The notes under the pieces: generated by a model
What the model was told of the DNA's origin: nothing
The model's input: the letters and a program-made list of their open reading frames with translations, nothing else
Databases searched by the model: none
Position numbers and translations under genes: made by a program
Shown: positions 59,355 through 64,000 of the stretch, piece after piece
Layout of the letters: each line of letters opens with the position of its first letter
Numbering within the stretch: position 1 is the stretch's first letter
NCBI GenBank assembly: GCA_022792175.1
Contig: JAAWAN010000020.1
Coordinates: forward strand, 124,745 to 188,744
Length of the DNA stretch: 64,000 nt
Source: Provencibacterium sp.
GTDB lineage: Bacteria > Bacillota > Clostridia > Oscillospirales > Ruminococcaceae
Direction of reading: 5' to 3'

Positions 59355-59475
59355 CTGTCCTCTTCGTCTGAAAATATGAAACGAAACCTGGAACGTCTTA
59401 TCAAAAAGCCGTCCGCAGGAGTGCTGTGAACCGAAGGTTCCCGTGCATCCCTGCGGGCGGCTTTCAGATTATCTC

Positions 59476-61860
59476 TCAATCGGTGAACTGATAACGAATC
59501 TCTTCCGCATGAGTACAGGCCCTCAGATCCTTTTCGCTTTCTGCAAACAGGCTGCCATGCCGGCGCACCGCCTTCACCGTCAGGCATGCGAACGTATCAC
59601 GCATGGAAAGGCCATGCTCTGTTTTATATTTGCGCATCCCGGCGAGCGCGGCCTTAAATTCTCCGCCAAAGAGCAGGATATCTGCATCCGGCTCCTGCTC
59701 CTGCGGCCACTGCAGCAGATGGATGGAGGTCGCCCCCTCCTTTTCCTGAAAGCCTTTGAGATAAATTTCTTCTGTAATGTGCGGCACGAAGGGAGCATAG
59801 AGCTTTAATATACTCAAAAGGGCAAAATAGAGCGCAGCCTGGGCGGCGGCCCGTCCCTCTTCACCATGTATATCCGGCTGATACAGCCGCTGCTTGACAA
59901 TCTCGATATAGTTATCGCACAGGTCGTCCCAGAAAAGGGCATCCACCGTATGGCGCGCCAGCCCTATTTCATAGGCATCCAGATAGCGAGCAGCCTGGCT
60001 GGCCGCCTGCCTGGTCCGCTCTATCATCCACCGGTCGACAGGCAGCAGCGCCGGACAGCTGGTTGGGTCAAAATCCGCGAGATGCCTAAGGCAAAAGCGA
60101 GAGGCATTCCAAAGCTTGACCATAAAGCGGCGGGAGGCATCCTCCATCTCCCGGCGGTCAAAAAAGGTGTCTGTTCCCAGCCGTGCGCTGGCCGCCCAAT
60201 AGCGGATCATGTCTGCTGGACAGGTCTGCAGCAGCGCCTGCGGCGTTAAAGCGGCATTTCCTTTCGACTTGGAAATTTTTTCGCCCGGCTTAGCCAAAAC
60301 AAAGCCGCAGATCATGATATCCCTCCAGGGGATATCTCCAACATGGAACAGGCTGCGTGCAATCGTATAAAAGGCCCAGGTGCGGATAATTTCATGCGCC
60401 TGGGTGCGCATTCCCATTGGGAGAAAATCCTCCTTCTCTCCGCGCTCCCGGGCGCTTTCCTGATTGATGAGCGGCGTTAAGGAGGAGGTGGCCCAGGTAT
60501 CCAAAACCGCCTGCTCCGGAATAAATTCAGCTGCGCCGCATTCGCAGCGGCCGGTATATGGCGTTTCCAGCGGATTAACCGGCAGCTGCTCCGGCTGCGC
60601 AAAGTGCGGCTTACCGCAGTCCCTGCAGTACCACACCGGAAACGGAATGCCAAAATAGCGCTGGCGAGAGATGCACCAGTCCCATTTCAAATTTTCCACC
60701 CAGTCCCGGTAACGTCCCTTCATGGAAGCGGGATACCAGTGAATCCGTTCGCCTGCCGAGAGCAGCGCCTGCTTCTGGCTGAGCACATCCACATACCATT
60801 GGCGGGAAGGAATAATTTCCACCTCGGTGCCGCAGCGCTCATGCACCGAAACCGTATGGGTCAGCCGTTCGGTTTTCTGCAGCAGGCCCCGCTCGCTGAG
60901 CAGACGGATAATCTCGCTGCGCGCGGCGCGCACCGTCAGTCCTCCGATATGAGGAACCTCCCCGGCAATATGCCCATCCGGCAGGATGACCTTTTTACAG
61001 GGCAGCTGGTGCTCCTGCACCCATTCCAAATCGGTGGTGTCGCCGAAGGTGGCGCACATGACGGCGCCGGTCCCTTTCTGCATGCCCACCCGGCTGTCTG
61101 CCAAAACCGGCACGGAAAAGTCATAGAGCGGAACGGTAATATCCTTCCCAATAAGCTTTTGATAGCGCGGGTCATCTGGATGGACAAAGACACAGACAAC
61201 GCCATACAGCAGCTCGGGACGGGTGGTGGCCACCTCCACCGTCTCCCCTTCTGCCCTGAAGGGAAGGTAACAAAACTGCGACTGCAGCTCTTTACTCTCC
61301 AGCTCCGCCTGCGCAATGGAGGTACGGCACTCGGTGCACCAGAGCACCGGGGACTGGCGGATATAGGCGCGCCCCGCCTTTGCCAGCTCGATAAAGGCGC
61401 GCTGTGAAATCTTCTGCGCCTTTTGGCTGACAGTCGTATACTGCAGGCTCCAGTCGCAGGAAAAGCCCATTGCCTTCCAGAGCGCTTTAAACTCCTGCTC
61501 ATATTTTTGCGTGGTTTGCACGCAGCTTTCGCAGAAGCGGCTGCGCGGTACCTCCACCGCCCGGATTCCGGTTTCCTTCTCTACCAGTCTTTCAGAGGGC
61601 AGCCCGTTATCATCAAAGCCGAACGGATAAAAGACGTTGTAGCCCCGCATCCGGCGGTAACGGGCAATCATCTCTGCCTGCGCATAGCTAAAAATATGCC
61701 CGATATGCAAGCTGCCGCTGACAGTGGGCGGCGGTGTATCGATAGAATAGACAGGCTTATCCGCATCGGGACGATAGGCGTAAATCCCTTTCTGCTCCCA
61801 GTATTCCTGCAGCCGTTTTTCCGCCTGCAGGCCATCATAACGCTCTTTTAACTCTTCCAT
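59476..61860 (-). CDS. valS: Valine--tRNA ligase, archaeal-like (type 2)
   Basis: DTPPPTVSGSLHIGH, GFDDNGLP.ERLVEK, DWCISRQR, QAHEIIRTW, KISKS; no long C-terminal coiled coil. Confidence 0.92.
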   Translation of the reverse strand: MEELKERYDGLQAEKRLQEYWEQKGIYAYRPDADKPVYSIDTPPPTVSGSLHIGHIFSYAQAEMIARYRRMRGYNVFYPFGFDDNGLPSERLVEKETGIRAVEVPRSRFCESCVQTTQKYEQEFKALWKAMGFSCDWSLQYTTVSQKAQKISQRAFIELAKAGRAYIRQSPVLWCTECRTSIAQAELESKELQSQFCYLPFRAEGETVEVATTRPELLYGVVCVFVHPDDPRYQKLIGKDITVPLYDFSVPVLADSRVGMQKGTGAVMCATFGDTTDLEWVQEHQLPCKKVILPDGHIAGEVPHIGGLTVRAARSEIIRLLSERGLLQKTERLTHTVSVHERCGTEVEIIPSRQWYVDVLSQKQALLSAGERIHWYPASMKGRYRDWVENLKWDWCISRQRYFGIPFPVWYCRDCGKPHFAQPEQLPVNPLETPYTGRCECGAAEFIPEQAVLDTWATSSLTPLINQESARERGEKEDFLPMGMRTQAHEIIRTWAFYTIARSLFHVGDIPWRDIMICGFVLAKPGEKISKSKGNAALTPQALLQTCPADMIRYWAASARLGTDTFFDRREMEDASRRFMVKLWNASRFCLRHLADFDPTSCPALLPVDRWMIERTRQAASQAARYLDAYEIGLARHTVDALFWDDLCDNYIEIVKQRLYQPDIHGEEGRAAAQAALYFALLSILKLYAPFVPHITEEIYLKGFQEKEGATSIHLLQWPQEQEPDADILLFGGEFKAALAGMRKYKTEHGLSMRDTFACLTVKAVRRHGSLFAESEKDLRACTHAEEIRYQFTD

Positions 61861-62169
61861 ATTTTTATTTTCCTCCCCAGATGAGTCCGCCCCAGCTGGC
61901 CAGGCCAGAAGCGGTTTTGGCCGGCAGCCGCCAGCTTTTGGAAGCGGCCGGTCTTATCGTTACGATGCATCGCAATAAACAAAAAAACAAGCGTTCGAAA
62001 ATCTCTCTCAAAGGCGAAGAGATCTTCTGATTGAGCATTGTTCCCCCTAAAGAACAAACTTCAAATGCTCTTCCATGCGCTATAGAAAGGATGCCGGGGT
62101 CTGCCTGCTGTGCTCCTTTGTAGATGGATATCTGACCTCAGCTGTTTTCCCCGGCGGCTTTCTTCGAGA

Positions 62170-62420
62170 CGAAATAAAAAAATCCGCCCCAAGCCCTTCT
62201 GCGGGTTTAGGACGGATAAAATTCCGCGGTACCACCTAAATTCGTCTTCTTCCTGGAAGACGCAGCTCTAAGGGGAGGATAACGGTTCCCAAGCCGGCGG
62301 ATTCTACTCATCGCTTTTCCTTCCGCACTCATAAGCCACTTTCAGACTGCCCGCACGAAAACTTGCACCACCCGTTTTCTCTCTGCAGCACGAAGCAGCC
62401 TTACTCTTCTCATTCAACGA
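62170..62420 (-). promoter_or_regulatory. T-box riboswitch (Val)
   Basis: On the - strand: AGTA and CAGAGA, specifier CTGAAA-GTG (62337-62339), AATTTAGGTGGTACCGCG, terminator plus T run; promoter TTGCAA-17-TGtTATACT at about 62443-62471. Confidence 0.88.
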
Positions 62421-62507
62421 TTTCTTTGGTTAAATTTTGCTTAGTATAACACAGAGCTTTCTGAATTGCAAGAGAAAAATTCCGGCATTCTGCGTGGCCT
62501 CGGCATA

Positions 62508-63488
62508 TCAGGGTTCCTGCGGTTCATCCGGAGCAGGAGGTTCAGAATAGGACTGCTGCGGCCCTTCCCTATCAAAAGAAAGCTCTTCCGGCTCTTTCCA
62601 GCTGGAATCCGGTTCTGAAACCGGAGGCTCAGCAGTAAACTCCCTGGTGGGCTCCTGCTCAGGCACATCTTTGGTATCTGTGCGCTGGCCGTATTCCATA
62701 ATAACCCGCACATAGAGCGCCTGCGCGCTTAGATAGTAGGGAGCGACGAAGAGGATGGGAATCACCAGAATGCAGCTCAAAAACCAGCCCAGATAAGAAA
62801 GGTCAAATAAGAAAAGCTCCGCCTTTCGGCCCTTCATGCAGTATACCGACTGTTTAATGGCACGTCTCACCGAGCAGCCGCCCTCTGCATAAATATACCG
62901 TGCAGGAAGATAACGCTTGCAGAAAATCCAGGAAAAAATGCCGGTCAACGCCAACAAAATGCTGCCAGCAAGCGTCAGCATTCCGCCCACTACCGAAGCG
63001 ACGGCGGCCGGAACCGGTTCCGGGGACCAAAAGCCGTTAAACAGCTCGAGTCCGGCGCTTGTCAGCGCAATCGGGATTATCGTAAAAAGAAAAGTATAGA
63101 AAAGCCGGCGCACAAAAAGATTGATCTCCAGCCAGACCGAGCCAAAATAATTTTTGGCGCCTGCAAAATAATCAAACAGATCGACAATATCCCCCGGCTC
63201 GTTTCCCACCAAGCGATAAAACCAGCGGGAGGCGCCAATCAGCAGCGGCGAGAAAAGAACAAGCTGCAGCAGAAGAGTAACCAAAACAATGGCCGGGGAG
63301 AGCAGATAGTTCCAGTCCCCCATTATTTTCAGATACCCGAAAGCGGAGGCGGACACGTTGGCCACCATCATCAGCAGGGAAAAAAGAAAGACAACGCAGA
63401 TCAGAATTAATACGATAATCAGCGCTTTGATGTAGTGCTGCCCTAATACCCTGCGGGCATTGCTTTTTACCTTTGAGCGAATGCTCAT
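62508..63488 (-). CDS. DUF975 family membrane protein
   Basis: K..AR..L, IKQS...MKGRK.ELF..DLS.LGW, PY..A.A..Y; Pro/Glu-rich tail. Confidence 0.75.
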   Translation of the reverse strand: MSIRSKVKSNARRVLGQHYIKALIIVLILICVVFLFSLLMMVANVSASAFGYLKIMGDWNYLLSPAIVLVTLLLQLVLFSPLLIGASRWFYRLVGNEPGDIVDLFDYFAGAKNYFGSVWLEINLFVRRLFYTFLFTIIPIALTSAGLELFNGFWSPEPVPAAVASVVGGMLTLAGSILLALTGIFSWIFCKRYLPARYIYAEGGCSVRRAIKQSVYCMKGRKAELFLFDLSYLGWFLSCILVIPILFVAPYYLSAQALYVRVIMEYGQRTDTKDVPEQEPTREFTAEPPVSEPDSSWKEPEELSFDREGPQQSYSEPPAPDEPQEP

Positions 63489-63547
63489 GAAAATCACTTC
63501 CTAAACGATATGGTAAGGCCGGCTGCCCGGCAGATTTCCTGTGCGTT

Positions 63548-64000
<453 letters not shown>

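Overview
A 64-kb stretch of core chromosome from a GC-moderate Clostridia member, probably Oscillospiraceae/Ruminococcaceae (inferred from gene content and order). The left ~37 kb is almost entirely + strand: nadD-yqeK-LCP-rsfS-leuS, rpsU, yqeG-nfo-pepQ-efp, apbE plus a complete rnfCDGEAB operon, hprK-PHP-glucokinase-murB-whiA-dnaE-pfkA, radA and a PASTA pseudokinase. Right of ~39.5 kb most genes are on the - strand: a DUF5685/J-domain cassette, two GHL10-type cell-wall hydrolases, an orphan mazF, acpS, valS and leuB. pheST and valS carry T-boxes. There is no prophage, IS, tRNA, rRNA or cas gene. The main signal is that gene orientation and hand-sampled GC skew both flip in the AT-rich gap upstream of an XerS-like tyrosine recombinase. 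That gap holds a 12-6-12 palindrome abutting the gene's ribosome-binding site, a candidate single-recombinase dif module at the replication terminus. Other leads are the recombinase's apparent non-AUG start, a catalytically dead PASTA kinase, a terpene-synthase-like/J-domain cassette, a glycosidase-amidase fusion, a 6S-like RNA, an archaeal-type ValRS and a 52-nt duplicated hairpin element. All family calls come from motif recognition by eye; no searches were run.
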